NCBI GenBank assembly: GCA_027062985.1
Contig: JAMOSR010000019.1
Coordinates: 1-49,650 of the forward strand
Direction of reading: 5' to 3'
Length of the DNA stretch: 49,650 bases
Origin: Nautiliaceae bacterium
GTDB lineage: Bacteria; Campylobacterota; Campylobacteria; Campylobacterales; Nautiliaceae
In this document: in pieces, positions 9,834 to 20,109 of the stretch
Numbering within the stretch: the stretch's first letter is position 1
How the letters are laid out: each line of letters opens with the position of its first letter
Program-made: the position numbers and the translations under genes
The notes under the pieces: model-generated
What the model saw: only the letters and a program-made list of their open reading frames with translations
What the model was told of the DNA's origin: nothing
Databases searched by the model: none

Positions 9834-12035
9834 ATTTTAAGAAAAGCTTTTTATATCTTTTTATTCGGTCTTTTAATTTTTTTCGCTTTTTCAACTGTTT
9901 TTCCGCTTTCAGAGTATGTCGGGATTTTTGGAGAGTTTATAGGAAGGCTTAATTTAAAGCTTTTTGGGTATTTAGGGTATATATTTGTTTTATTTTTGTT
10001 TTGGGTTTTATATCTTTTTTATTTTAAAAGGTTCGATTTTCAAACTTCTTTAAAAACCCTCGGATTTATAGTTCTTTTTTTAGATTTTCTTTTTTTACAG
10101 AGCGTGTTGGTTAATAAAGGGGTTGTCGGCAATTTGGTAGTAGGTTTTTTAAAAAGCTATATAGGAATTTTGGGAGTTGGGATATTTGTTTTCGTAGTTG
10201 CGTTGTGGGGACTTTTTTTAATTTTTGAGGATAAGGTTTTTGCATTTTTCAGTTTTTTTAAAAAGCAAAATCATAATGTTCAGAAAAAAGAGATTAAAAA
10301 AGAGATTAAAGAGGAGATAAAAGAAGAAAAAAAACAAGAAATTTCCTATGAAAAACCGGAAGAAGATGTTTTTCCAGAGCTTGACGATGAGGATATAAAG
10401 GATTATTCTGATAAAATTTTTAAAAAAGAAACCGGGATTTTAAAAGAGGATGTATCTCTTCAGGAAAATAAAGAAGAGAAAAAAGATGAAAATATAAAAA
10501 TATTACAGACCGTTTCAAAAGAAGAAACTCCAAAAGAAAGTTTAGAAATCAAAGAAGAAAATCCTGAAAAGGTAAAAAAAGTAAATGAACTTGAAGATAC
10601 AAAAAAACTTCTTTCTCAAATAGAAGTAGGGGAGAGGGAAAAACCCAAAGACTGGAAGTTTCCTCCGTTGGATATGCTCCAAAAACCTCCTAAAAAGAAA
10701 AGAGAAGTTAACGAGGCTGAAATAGATAAAAAAATAAAGGTGCTTCTTGAAAAACTTAAATATTTTAAAATAGAAGGGGATGTGGTAAGATATTACGTAG
10801 GACCTGTTGTTACCACGTTTGAGTTTAAGCCTCTTCCTCATATAAAAGTAAGCAAGATTTTAGCCTTGCAGGATGATTTGGCCATGGCCTTAAAAGCCCA
10901 GTCAATTCGTATTCAGGCTCCAATTCCCGGTAAAGATGTTGTTGGAATAGAAATTCCTAACGAAACGCAGGAGACTATTTATCTTAGGGAAATTATTGAA
11001 AGTGAGATATTTCAAAAATCAAAATCTCCTCTTACAATGGCTCTTGGAAAGGATATCGTAGGAGCTCCTTTTGTGACTGATTTAAAAAAACTGCCTCATT
11101 TATTGATAGCTGGGACTACCGGAAGCGGTAAAAGTGTGGGTATAAACTCTATGATTTTATCTCTTCTTTATAAAAACTCCCCGGATGAGCTTAAATTTGT
11201 TATGATAGACCCTAAACAGCTTGAGTTTTCCATATATAACGATATACCGCATCTTTTGACCCCTGTTATTACCGATTCCAAAAAGGCGATAACGGCTCTT
11301 AACGCTATGGTAAAAGAGATGGAAAGACGGTATAAGCTGATGTCCAAGATGAGGGTGAAAAATATAGAAGGTTATAATAAAAAAGTTTCAAAAGAAGAGA
11401 GAATGCCTTATATTGTTATTATAATAGACGAGCTTGCGGATTTAATGATGACAAGCGGTAAAGACGTTGAGTATGCTATAGCAAGACTTGCCCAGATGGC
11501 GAGGGCTAGCGGCATTCATCTTATAGTCGCCACTCAAAGACCAAGTGTGGATGTTGTTACGGGACTTATTAAAGCAAATCTTCCAAGCAGAATTTCTTTT
11601 AAGGTTGGACAGAAAATTGATTCAAAAGTAATTTTGGACCAATTCGGAGCGGAAAGTCTTTTAGGAAGAGGGGATATGTTGTTTACCCCGCCGGGAATAG
11701 TAGGTCTTATCAGATTACATGCCCCTTTTGCGAGCGAAGAAGAAATTGAAAAAATAGTTGAATTTTTAAAATCCCAAAGGGAAGCGGAATATGATAATAC
11801 GATACTTTCTTCGATAGAGTCTGAAAGTGAAGGTCTAGAAGAGATAGAAAATGTTGATGAACTGTTTGAAGAGGCTAAGGAGATAATATTAAAAGAGAGG
11901 CGTACAAGTATCAGTTATCTTCAAAGAAGGCTTCAAATAGGTTATAACAGAGCCGCCAATATTATAGAACAGATGGAAAGAGCGGGAATACTGTCTCCTC
12001 CTAACGCCAAGGGACAAAGAGAGATACTTATATAG
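9834..12035 (+). CDS. ftsK: DNA translocase FtsK (start probably ATT at 9834)
   Basis: N-terminal TM region, PHLLIAGTTGSGKS Walker A, IIIDELADLMM, and gamma domain SISYLQRRLQIGYNRAA. The frame is open back to an in-frame TAA at 9828, with AAGGA 6 nt before ATT. Confidence 0.92.
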   Translation: MLRKAFYIFLFGLLIFFAFSTVFPLSEYVGIFGEFIGRLNLKLFGYLGYIFVLFLFWVLYLFYFKRFDFQTSLKTLGFIVLFLDFLFLQSVLVNKGVVGNLVVGFLKSYIGILGVGIFVFVVALWGLFLIFEDKVFAFFSFFKKQNHNVQKKEIKKEIKEEIKEEKKQEISYEKPEEDVFPELDDEDIKDYSDKIFKKETGILKEDVSLQENKEEKKDENIKILQTVSKEETPKESLEIKEENPEKVKKVNELEDTKKLLSQIEVGEREKPKDWKFPPLDMLQKPPKKKREVNEAEIDKKIKVLLEKLKYFKIEGDVVRYYVGPVVTTFEFKPLPHIKVSKILALQDDLAMALKAQSIRIQAPIPGKDVVGIEIPNETQETIYLREIIESEIFQKSKSPLTMALGKDIVGAPFVTDLKKLPHLLIAGTTGSGKSVGINSMILSLLYKNSPDELKFVMIDPKQLEFSIYNDIPHLLTPVITDSKKAITALNAMVKEMERRYKLMSKMRVKNIEGYNKKVSKEERMPYIVIIIDELADLMMTSGKDVEYAIARLAQMARASGIHLIVATQRPSVDVVTGLIKANLPSRISFKVGQKIDSKVILDQFGAESLLGRGDMLFTPPGIVGLIRLHAPFASEEEIEKIVEFLKSQREAEYDNTILSSIESESEGLEEIENVDELFEEAKEIILKERRTSISYLQRRLQIGYNRAANIIEQMERAGILSPPNAKGQREILI

Positions 12036-12043
12036 GAGATGTT

Positions 12044-12505
12044 ATGAACTATCTTTTTATTATTTTGGCGTTTATTTTTTTAGGATGTGCCGATAAGCCT
12101 GTTGCTGTAAGTGTTTCGGAATTGGCCGGGGATTTAAAAGTGGCGGGTTTTAAGAAAAATAGAAAACTGTTAAAAATACTGAGAATAAATTTCGATTTTA
12201 ACGATTATCATATAAAGCCTCAGTATTACGATGAGATAAGAGAATTGGTTCAAATAATAAAAAACGACCCTGAGATAAAAAAAGTGGAAGTTATCGGCTA
12301 TACGGATAATCTTGGAGATTATGAATACAATTTGGAACTTTCTTTAAAAAGGGCTGAAGCGGTTAGAGATTTGCTTATAGATTTTGGAGTTGACCCCGAT
12401 ATCATAGAAGCCAGGGGAGAGGGGGAAAACAACCCTGTGGCTCCTAACGATACGCCAGAACACAGAGCGTTAAACAGAAGGGTTGAGGTTATTGTTTATT
12501 ATTGA
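12044..12505 (+). CDS. OmpA-family peptidoglycan-binding lipoprotein
   Basis: Lipobox FLGC, GYTD..G...YN..LS.KRA, NRRVE. Confidence 0.9.
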   Translation: MNYLFIILAFIFLGCADKPVAVSVSELAGDLKVAGFKKNRKLLKILRINFDFNDYHIKPQYYDEIRELVQIIKNDPEIKKVEVIGYTDNLGDYEYNLELSLKRAEAVRDLLIDFGVDPDIIEARGEGENNPVAPNDTPEHRALNRRVEVIVYY

Positions 12506-13717
12506 TTATTTAATCAGTTTTCCGTTTATAAACAGATGGTCCACTTCGTTTGTGTGGAGTATAATCTGGAGCGGAAGAAGCTCTTTTTGGGTTACTTTGC
12601 TTGGAAGTTTGAAAGTGACCATATCCGCGTCTTTTCCAGGTTCTAAAGAGCCGTTGTTAAATCCAAGTTCTTTGGCGGCGTTTATTGTTACGGCTTTTAA
12701 TAAATCTTTTGCCAGGTATTTGGGATGAAGTTCTATATGCATAAGAAGGGCGGCTCTTATCTCTTTAAAAAGATTTAAAGAATAGTTTGAACTAAGTCCG
12801 TCGGTGGCTACGGAATAGTCTATGGAAAAATTTTTAACCCTTTCTAAATCCAAAAGTCCTACGTTTAAGAGTCTGTTTGAAACAGGACAGTGGGCTATAT
12901 CGGCTTTTATTTCTTTTATTTTTGAAAGTTCTTTATCGTTTGCATATACGCAGTGAACGAATGTTGTTTTGGTGTTTTTGAATTTTTCCAAAAACTCAAT
13001 CGGTTTGATAAAAGGTTTTGCGTTTTTAAAATGCTTTTCAAAAAATAGTTTAAATTCACCCTCCCCTTCGTCAAGCCATCTTCTCTCAGCCTTGCTTTCC
13101 ATAAAATGAGCCTGTATTGGCAGATTTTTCTTTTTTGCTATTTCTATTACTTTATCCATTAAAACAGGATGAACAGAATAAGGAGAGTGAATTGAAATTC
13201 CGGTTTTAAAATTTTTTCCCTCTAATGCTTGGGATTCGCTTAATCTTACAAGAAAATCCTGATAAAGCATATCCACCGCACCCGGAGCCGTTCCTATAAT
13301 TTCATTAAAATAAGCTACTTTTAAAGGAGAGTGTTTTAAATATTTAAGGTCGTCTCCGGTGGAACTTATTTCTCCAAAAGCACATATACCGCTTTTTTTC
13401 ATCTCATCTATGGCTTTTTTAAAACATTCGGTTTTACACTCTACAAAAAGCGTTTCCCTGTGTTTTATAACCGAATTTAGCCAGATAATGAAATCTCCGT
13501 ATTCTAAAAGAGTTTTGTTGGAACTAAATTCAAGATGAGTGTGCGAATTTATTAAAGCGGGCATAATTACAGAGTTTTCACCTAAGTCTATTTCTTTTTC
13601 ACATTTAGGAAGATTGGTTCCTATTTCTATAATTTCTTTATCAAAAATAATTTCTCCGTTTTCTATAATTTCATATGATTTATTCATTGTTACGACGTAA
13701 TTTGCTTTTAGTTTCAA
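12506..13717 (-). CDS. Amidohydrolase, probable aminofutalosine deaminase (MqnF-like)
   Basis: [31 protein letters not shown] motifs. Divergent from aroQ as in Campylobacter. Confidence 0.75.
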   Translation of the reverse strand: MKLKANYVVTMNKSYEIIENGEIIFDKEIIEIGTNLPKCEKEIDLGENSVIMPALINSHTHLEFSSNKTLLEYGDFIIWLNSVIKHRETLFVECKTECFKKAIDEMKKSGICAFGEISSTGDDLKYLKHSPLKVAYFNEIIGTAPGAVDMLYQDFLVRLSESQALEGKNFKTGISIHSPYSVHPVLMDKVIEIAKKKNLPIQAHFMESKAERRWLDEGEGEFKLFFEKHFKNAKPFIKPIEFLEKFKNTKTTFVHCVYANDKELSKIKEIKADIAHCPVSNRLLNVGLLDLERVKNFSIDYSVATDGLSSNYSLNLFKEIRAALLMHIELHPKYLAKDLLKAVTINAAKELGFNNGSLEPGKDADMVTFKLPSKVTQKELLPLQIILHTNEVDHLFINGKLIK

Positions 13718-13776
13718 TATTTCTCCTTAAACTTTTAATTAATTATAGTAAAATTACACAAAAAAAAGGAGATAAA

Positions 13777-14265
13777 ATGAAAATAAAAGTAATTCACGGT
13801 CCTAATCTTAATATGCTTGGAATAAGAGAGGTTAATATCTACGGACCTATGAAACTTGAAGATATCAATAAAAATATGGAAGCTTTTGCCAAGCAAAACG
13901 GTTTTGATATAGAATTTTATCAATCAAACCATGAAGGCGATATTGTGGATGCCATTCAGGAAAGTCTTAACGAAGGAGTTGACGGTATTATTATTAACCC
14001 AGCAGCCCTTACCCATACTTCAATTTCTATAAGAGATGCAATAAAAGCGGTGAGTCTTCCTACTATTGAAATACATTTAAGCAATATAGCGGCAAGAGAG
14101 GATTTTAGAAAAACTTCTATGATAAGCGATGTTGTAGCCGGTACTATTACGGGATTTGGTCCTTTTAGTTATCATTTGGGGCTTATAGCAATGATTCAGA
14201 TTTTAAATGAGATAAAAATGGCAAAAGAGGCTCAGGCTAAAGCAGCCGCTCAGCAGGGGAATTAA
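13777..14265 (+). CDS. aroQ: Type II 3-dehydroquinate dehydratase
   Basis: [41 protein letters not shown] precedes ATG 13777. Confidence 0.96.
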   Translation: MKIKVIHGPNLNMLGIREVNIYGPMKLEDINKNMEAFAKQNGFDIEFYQSNHEGDIVDAIQESLNEGVDGIIINPAALTHTSISIRDAIKAVSLPTIEIHLSNIAAREDFRKTSMISDVVAGTITGFGPFSYHLGLIAMIQILNEIKMAKEAQAKAAAQQGN

Positions 14266-15278
14266 TGGATTACATTCTTAATAAAGAGAATGAAATTTAT
14301 TATGAATGCGGATGGAGCAGCGATAATGCTGTTTTTTTATCTTTAGGAGACAACAGATATGTAATTACCGACGGAAGATATACTCTTGACGCAAAAGAAA
14401 AAGCAAATGCGCAAGTGGTTGAATCTAAAAATCTTCTAAAAAAAGCAAAAGAACTTATTTTAAAACACAGACCCAAAAGTTTAAAAATAGACCCTTTAAA
14501 CTGGGATGAGAATAGTTATAAAGAGTTGTCAAAAGTAGTAAGGCTTCAAAAGAGGCCTTATATGTCCCATAAAAAAAGAATGATAAAAAGCGATAAAGAA
14601 CTTGAAATAATCCAAAAAGCCGTAAGGTTTGGAGCTGAAGCGTTTGAAGCGTTTAAAAAAGAGATTGAGACGGGTATAGACGAATATGAGCTTTCTTTCA
14701 GATTTAAAGAAAAACTGACACTTAGAGGCAGAAGAGAGCTGAGTTTTGAGCCTATTGTCGCCATTAACGAAAACGCCGCCAAACCTCATGCCCAAGTCAG
14801 TGATAAAATTTTGCAAAAAGGCGATTTGCTTTTATTGGATGCGGGATTAAAATATTGCAGATACTGCTCCGATAGGACAAGGACTGTTTTTATAGGCGAT
14901 GAAATTTCAATGTCCAAAAGACAAAAATTTAAAAATAAAGAGATACAAAAAGCATATGATACCGTATTAAAAGCCCAAGAAGCCGCTATAAAAGCTATAA
15001 AAGTGGGAAGGCCTATAAAAGAGCTTGATAAAATAGCAAGAGATATTATACAAAAAGCTGGATACGGCAAATATTTTGTTCACTCTTTAGGCCACGGCGT
15101 CGGGCTTGATATTCACGAATGGCCTTATGTTAACTCAAGAAACGAAATTCCTATTCAAAACGGAATGGTATTTACCATAGAGCCAGGAATTTATATTCCA
15201 GGAGAGTTTGGTATCAGAATAGAGGATATGGTTATGATAAAAAATGACGAATGTCACATATTAAGCGAGGAGATATGA
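14265..15278 (+). CDS. Xaa-Pro aminopeptidase (M24 family)
   Basis: DAG....YCSDRTRT, HSLGHGVGLDIHE, TIEPGIY, GIRIED. Confidence 0.93.
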   Translation: MDYILNKENEIYYECGWSSDNAVFLSLGDNRYVITDGRYTLDAKEKANAQVVESKNLLKKAKELILKHRPKSLKIDPLNWDENSYKELSKVVRLQKRPYMSHKKRMIKSDKELEIIQKAVRFGAEAFEAFKKEIETGIDEYELSFRFKEKLTLRGRRELSFEPIVAINENAAKPHAQVSDKILQKGDLLLLDAGLKYCRYCSDRTRTVFIGDEISMSKRQKFKNKEIQKAYDTVLKAQEAAIKAIKVGRPIKELDKIARDIIQKAGYGKYFVHSLGHGVGLDIHEWPYVNSRNEIPIQNGMVFTIEPGIYIPGEFGIRIEDMVMIKNDECHILSEEI

Positions 15279-15439
15279 GTATAAGCAAAATAAGAAGTAT
15301 TCTTTATAAAAGTGCCAAATATCTTGGGGATTTTAATGCTATAAAAAGAGCTGTAGAAAAAAAAGATTTTACCCCTGTTATTAAAAGAATTATCAGAAGA
15401 ATTTACGGTTACATAGCTGGACGGGGAATGCCCAAATAA
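15275..15439 (+). CDS. Small basic hypothetical protein (54 aa)
   Basis: GAGGAG RBS, ATGA overlap with the upstream stop and TAATG overlap with folK. It fills the gap exactly. Confidence 0.75.
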   Translation: MSISKIRSILYKSAKYLGDFNAIKRAVEKKDFTPVIKRIIRRIYGYIAGRGMPK

Positions 15440-15894
15440 TGAAAAAGATTATAAAAACTACGTTTTTTCCGGCTCCTTTAAAAAAAAGCTCAAAAAAAAA
15501 CAGGGCTTTAATAGGTGTAGGGTGTAATATAGGAAACTGTATAAGAAGGTTTAAGAAACTTTACTCTTTTTTCAATTCCCATCCTAGAATAGATATTATC
15601 CAAACGTCTATTATTTATAAAAACCCGCCTTTTGGATACCTAAACCAGCCATGGTTTTATAATACTGTTATGATAGTGGCTACCGATTTTTCTCCTTATG
15701 AACTTTTAAATTTTCTTTTATATACGGAAAAAAAATTCGGAAGAAAAAGAAGTTTTAAAAATGCGCCAAGAACGTTAGATTTGGATATAATTATGTATAA
15801 TAATGTAAAAATAAAAAGCGAAAAATTAAATATACCACATCCGTTTTTTAAAAATAGAGATTCTGTATTAGTCCCACTTGCTTTAAAGGATTGA
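15439..15894 (+). CDS. folK: 2-amino-4-hydroxy-6-hydroxymethyldihydropteridine pyrophosphokinase
   Basis: PFGY..QP.F.N, E..FGR.R..KNAPRTLDLDI, IPHP. Confidence 0.95.
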   Translation: MKKIIKTTFFPAPLKKSSKKNRALIGVGCNIGNCIRRFKKLYSFFNSHPRIDIIQTSIIYKNPPFGYLNQPWFYNTVMIVATDFSPYELLNFLLYTEKKFGRKRSFKNAPRTLDLDIIMYNNVKIKSEKLNIPHPFFKNRDSVLVPLALKD

Positions 15895-15895
15895 T

Positions 15896-17143
15896 TTGAA
15901 ATTAAAAACTTATACTGCACCTACTTATACGGAAGCGTTGAATAAAATTAAGGCGGAACTCGGAGATGACGTTGTTATTGTCTCAAGCAAAGAGATTAAG
16001 AAAAAAACGTTAACTTCTCCGGGTCTTTACGAAGTGGTTGTGGCGGTGGAAGAAGAAACTCCCGTAAAAAAGAAAACTTCTAAAAAAGATGATTTTGATG
16101 TAGATGAGGTAATGCTAAGGCTTTCTACGGCCGCTAAAGAGATAGATTCGACGATAGGCAACAGAGAGAAAAAATCTTTTAATTCTTATAAAGAGAGCGA
16201 ATATAAAAAACCAAATCCTTTAAAACCTCAAAACGACGAAATAGAAGAACTTAAAAAAGAGTTTAATAAACTGGCCGATACACTGAAATTTTTACAGGCC
16301 GCTATATGGGAAATGGCCCATAAAGATGAGCTTGAACTTCCTCCGGAATTCAGCGAAATTTATGCGCTTTCCCGTGCAAGCGGTATGAATCCTAAACATT
16401 TAGACGAAATTATGAAACTAACGATTAAATATATGCCTCTTAAAATGAGAAAAAACAGGGATGCGATAAAAAGATATTTTCATACTCTTTTAAAGAAAAT
16501 GATTCCTATAAGAATGGAAAGAGAGATAAAACCCCCTCACAAAAAAATTATGATGTTCGTAGGACCGACGGGAGTGGGTAAAACCACTACGATAGCAAAA
16601 CTTGCAGCAAGATATGCTTATAAGCTTCCTCACAGGCATAAAGTGGGTATTATAACGCTTGATACTTATAGAATAGGAGCCGTAGAACAGCTTATGACTT
16701 ACGCTAAAATGATGAAACTGCCTATTGAAACGGTTGTTGACCCAAGCGATTTTGAAGAGGCGTTAAACGTTTTAAGACACAATGATTATATTTTAATAGA
16801 TACGGTTGGAAGTTCTCAGCATGATAAAGAAAAAATAGAAAAGCTAAATTCTTTTTTAAAAGTGGATTCTTTTGCGGAAATAAACGTAAATCTTGTTCTT
16901 TCCGCCGTTACAAAATATGAAGATTTGACCGATATATATAATAATTTTTCTATTCTTCCAATAGATACATTTGTTTTTACAAAACTTGATGAAACCAGAA
17001 CATATGGAAATATTTTTTCTTTACTTCTGGATACTAAAAAACCGATAAGTTACTTATCTATGGGGCAAGAAGTGCCGGATGATTTAACCGTAGCCGATGC
17101 AGATTATATTATCAGAGGTATCTTATCTAAGGAGCTTAATTGA
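15896..17143 (+). CDS. flhF: Flagellar SRP-family GTPase FlhF
   Basis: GPTGVGKTTTIAKLAA, DTYRIGA.EQL, TKLDET, GQEVPDD. Confidence 0.96.
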   Translation: MKLKTYTAPTYTEALNKIKAELGDDVVIVSSKEIKKKTLTSPGLYEVVVAVEEETPVKKKTSKKDDFDVDEVMLRLSTAAKEIDSTIGNREKKSFNSYKESEYKKPNPLKPQNDEIEELKKEFNKLADTLKFLQAAIWEMAHKDELELPPEFSEIYALSRASGMNPKHLDEIMKLTIKYMPLKMRKNRDAIKRYFHTLLKKMIPIRMEREIKPPHKKIMMFVGPTGVGKTTTIAKLAARYAYKLPHRHKVGIITLDTYRIGAVEQLMTYAKMMKLPIETVVDPSDFEEALNVLRHNDYILIDTVGSSQHDKEKIEKLNSFLKVDSFAEINVNLVLSAVTKYEDLTDIYNNFSILPIDTFVFTKLDETRTYGNIFSLLLDTKKPISYLSMGQEVPDDLTVADADYIIRGILSKELN

Positions 17144-18012
17144 AAACGACTCAGGCCGATAAACTAAAAACCCTTATTCAAGAGGAACAAAAGGAAAAAA
17201 AAAGATTAAAAACCAGGGTAATAGCCATTACAAGCGGAAAAGGGGGAGTCGGTAAAACGACCATTACGGCAAATTTGGGATATGCGCTTCATGCTTTGGG
17301 ATTTAAAGTTGCTTTATTTGATGCGGATATAGGGCTTGCCAACCTTGATGTGATGCTCAGGGTTAACCCTAAAAAAAATATTCTTCATGTATTAAAAAAC
17401 GAAGCCACATTGGAAGAAATAGTCGTAGAGATTGAAAAAGATTTTATTTTAATTCCGGGTGAGAGCGGTGAAGAAATAATTGATTTTGCGGATGAGGTAT
17501 CTCTTAATAATTTTATATCACAGCTTGATTTTCTTGAAAATTATGATTTCTTTTTAATAGACACGAGTGCCGGAATAGATAAAAGGGTTCAGGTATTTTT
17601 AGATGCGGCTGATGACGTGATAGTGGTAACCGTACCGGAACCTGCCGCTATTACAGATGCATATGCTATGGTAAAGGTTATAAGCGAAAAAAGAGATATA
17701 GCTTATATGATATTAAATGAGGTTCATTCGGAAAAAGAGGCTAATAATATTTTCAGTAAAATATTGACGGTTGCTAAACAGAATATAAAAAGTAATTTCA
17801 GACTTCTTATGCTAGGATTTATAAAAAATGAAAAGGCCGTTTATCTCTCTTCAACAAAAAGGGTTCTTTTTACCAAAGAATATCCTACTTTAAGTGCAAG
17901 CGAGCAGATTTTTGCCATTGCTAAAAAGCTGGCCAAAATTTCGGAACGAAAAGTGCTTGATGAAAAAAACGGATTGACAAGGTTCTTTAAGAAAATTTTT
18001 TCCGGTTTTTAA
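17140..18012 (+). CDS. flhG: MinD-like ATPase FlhG
   Basis: TSGKGGVGKT, DADIGLANLD, PEPAAITDAYA. Follows flhF. Confidence 0.94.
   Translation: MKTTQADKLKTLIQEEQKEKKRLKTRVIAITSGKGGVGKTTITANLGYALHALGFKVALFDADIGLANLDVMLRVNPKKNILHVLKNEATLEEIVVEIEKDFILIPGESGEEIIDFADEVSLNNFISQLDFLENYDFFLIDTSAGIDKRVQVFLDAADDVIVVTVPEPAAITDAYAMVKVISEKRDIAYMILNEVHSEKEANNIFSKILTVAKQNIKSNFRLLMLGFIKNEKAVYLSSTKRVLFTKEYPTLSASEQIFAIAKKLAKISERKVLDEKNGLTRFFKKIFSGF
17941..17958 (+). promoter_or_regulatory. Internal sigma54 promoter motif ahead of the hypothetical-fliA-fliM-fliY genes
   Basis: TCGGAACGAAAAGTGCTT: GG at 17943-44, 10 nt, GC at 17955-56. Confidence 0.6.
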
Positions 18013-18021
18013 GGGAGATAA

Positions 18022-18360
18022 ATGAGGGGAGAAAATTTTATCTATTTTTCTACGGTCAGCGGATTTTTTATAGGTATTATTTTTGCTATAATAAAAGACC
18101 TTGACGTTGAGTCTTTTTTATTTGCCGTAATTGTTACTACGATGATTTTTTATCTTGTAGCTTTAGCGAGTGTAGCTTTTTATGTAAAATACGTGGATAT
18201 TAAAAAGATAGTTTTTTTTGATAAAAAAGAGATAGACTCCGTACTTGACGCTCAGATAAAAGATTTGGAAAAAGCGGAAGATTTTATTTATGAAAGTTAC
18301 GAATTTATTAAAAAAGTAGAACAAGAAGAGATAGAATATTTTAGAAAGAATAAACAATGA
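18022..18360 (+). CDS. Conserved membrane protein of the epsilon flhF-fliA operon (Cj0062c-like)
   Basis: Two hydrophobic segments. Syntenic position between flhG and fliA. Confidence 0.75.
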   Translation: MRGENFIYFSTVSGFFIGIIFAIIKDLDVESFLFAVIVTTMIFYLVALASVAFYVKYVDIKKIVFFDKKEIDSVLDAQIKDLEKAEDFIYESYEFIKKVEQEEIEYFRKNKQ

Positions 18361-19037
18361 CCAGTAATCCTTATATGGAGAATCTAAAATCTTACCGTGA
18401 TTCATTGGCGATTGACTATATGCCGGCCGTAAAGGCTATGGCCGCAAAACTTAAAGAGAGGCTTCCAAGCAGTGTTGATTTTAACGATTTAGTCTCAATA
18501 GGATATGAGGAACTTGTAAAACTCTCTCACAGGTATGACCCGCGCAAAAACGATAATTTTTGGGGGTATGCCCAAAAAAGAATTTACGGGGCTATGCTTG
18601 ATTTTTTAAGAAGTCTTGATACTGTTAGCAGGGGTGATAGAAAACTTATAAAGCAGGTGGATAAAATCGTTGAGGAATATCTCTCAGAATATAATGTTGA
18701 ACCCACTGATGAAGAGATAGCCGAATTGTTGGAAATAGATGTTGAAAAGGTAAAAAAGGCAAGAACGGCCGGGGATATCTATTCGGTTATGCCAATAGAA
18801 GACCAGCTTAAGTATTTTGAAAATATTTCAAAAAAAATAGAAGAAGAGGAACTTATCGATATAATAAAAAATATTTTAAAAAAACTTAGCGAAAAGGAAC
18901 AACTCATTATCCAGCTTTACTATTTTGAGGAGCTTTCTTTAAAAGAAATAGCTCAAATACTAGGGGTTACCGAAAGCAGGGTTTCTCAGATTCACAAAAA
19001 AGTAATTCAAAAAATAAGGAAGAAGCTAAATGGCTGA
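18357..19037 (+). CDS. fliA: Flagellar sigma factor sigma28
   Basis: RLPSSVD..DL.SIG, RI.GAMLD.LR, region 4 LSLKEIA.ILGVTESRVSQIH. Confidence 0.96.
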   Translation: MTSNPYMENLKSYRDSLAIDYMPAVKAMAAKLKERLPSSVDFNDLVSIGYEELVKLSHRYDPRKNDNFWGYAQKRIYGAMLDFLRSLDTVSRGDRKLIKQVDKIVEEYLSEYNVEPTDEEIAELLEIDVEKVKKARTAGDIYSVMPIEDQLKYFENISKKIEEEELIDIIKNILKKLSEKEQLIIQLYYFEELSLKEIAQILGVTESRVSQIHKKVIQKIRKKLNG

Positions 19038-20109
19038 TATTCTCTCCCAGGAAGAAATTGATGCGCTGCTTGAAGTTGTCGAAGAGGAGGACATAGCTCC
19101 CGACGAACTTGAAAAAGTCCCTGATATATTAGACCAGCGGCAGGTTACGCTTTATGATTTTAAAAGACCAAACAGGGTTTCAAAAGAGCAGTTAAGAAGT
19201 ATACGAGCAATTCATGATAAAATGGCAAGAAATCTTGCAAGCGATATTTCATCCCTTATGAGAAGTATTGTTGAAATTCAGCTTCACTCCGTAGACCAGA
19301 TGACTTACGGTGAATTTTTAATGAGTTTGCCAAGCCCTACGTCGTTTAACGTTTTTTCTTTAAAACCCCTTGATGGAAAAGGTGTTATAGAAATAAATCC
19401 GAGTATCGTTTTTCCTATGATAGACAGGCTTTTAGGAGGTCCCGGACTTCCTTTTGATACCAACAGGGAATTTACGGATATAGAGCTTAATTTGCTTGAC
19501 CAGATTTTAAGGGTTATTACCCAGAATATGAAAGAGGTATGGTCTCCGATTATAGAACTTTATCCGGTGGTTGAAGCTAAGGAGTCTTCTCCAAACGTCG
19601 TTCAGATTGTTGCTCAAAACGAAATTGTAATTATGATTGTAATGGAAATAATTATCGGTCAGACAAGCGGTATGATGAATATATGTTATCCGGTAATTAC
19701 TATAGAGTCTTTATTGCCGAGACTAGCAAGCCGTGATTTAATGTTTAGTGAGACCAGCAGCAGAAAAAGTAGAAATAAAGAGTTAAGAGCCCTTCTTAGA
19801 GGGGCGAGAGTCGATATAGAAGCTGTTTTGGGATATGCCGATTTGAATATGAAAGAGATTTTGGATTTACAAGAAGGTGATATAATAAAACTTAACCGTC
19901 CGGCAGACGATACGGTTGTTGTAAAGGTTGACGGGAGAGAAAAATTTATAGCGGAATTTGGAGTTAGAAGATACAGAAGAGCAATTAAGATAAAAGAAAT
20001 TCTAAAAACCGAACATGATGAAGTTAAAGAAATTTTAGAAAAACTTGAACAGAAAAGAAAAGAAAAATTAGAGCAGATAACAGGAGAGGGAAGTGAATCT
20101 CATGAATGA
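19030..20109 (+). CDS. fliM: Flagellar motor switch protein FliM
   Basis: MADILSQEEIDALL CheY-binding N-terminus and YDFKRPNRVSKEQLR. Confidence 0.97.
   Translation: MADILSQEEIDALLEVVEEEDIAPDELEKVPDILDQRQVTLYDFKRPNRVSKEQLRSIRAIHDKMARNLASDISSLMRSIVEIQLHSVDQMTYGEFLMSLPSPTSFNVFSLKPLDGKGVIEINPSIVFPMIDRLLGGPGLPFDTNREFTDIELNLLDQILRVITQNMKEVWSPIIELYPVVEAKESSPNVVQIVAQNEIVIMIVMEIIIGQTSGMMNICYPVITIESLLPRLASRDLMFSETSSRKSRNKELRALLRGARVDIEAVLGYADLNMKEILDLQEGDIIKLNRPADDTVVVKVDGREKFIAEFGVRRYRRAIKIKEILKTEHDEVKEILEKLEQKRKEKLEQITGEGSESHE

Noticed and set aside
10284-10331. 12-bp tandem repeat in ftsK (KKEI-KKEI-KEEI-KEEK)
   Set aside because: Ordinary low-complexity FtsK linker, in frame.
15480-15500. A8/A9 tracts in folK as a phase-variation site
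   Set aside because: Poly-A runs are common in this AT-rich sequence and the frame is intact.
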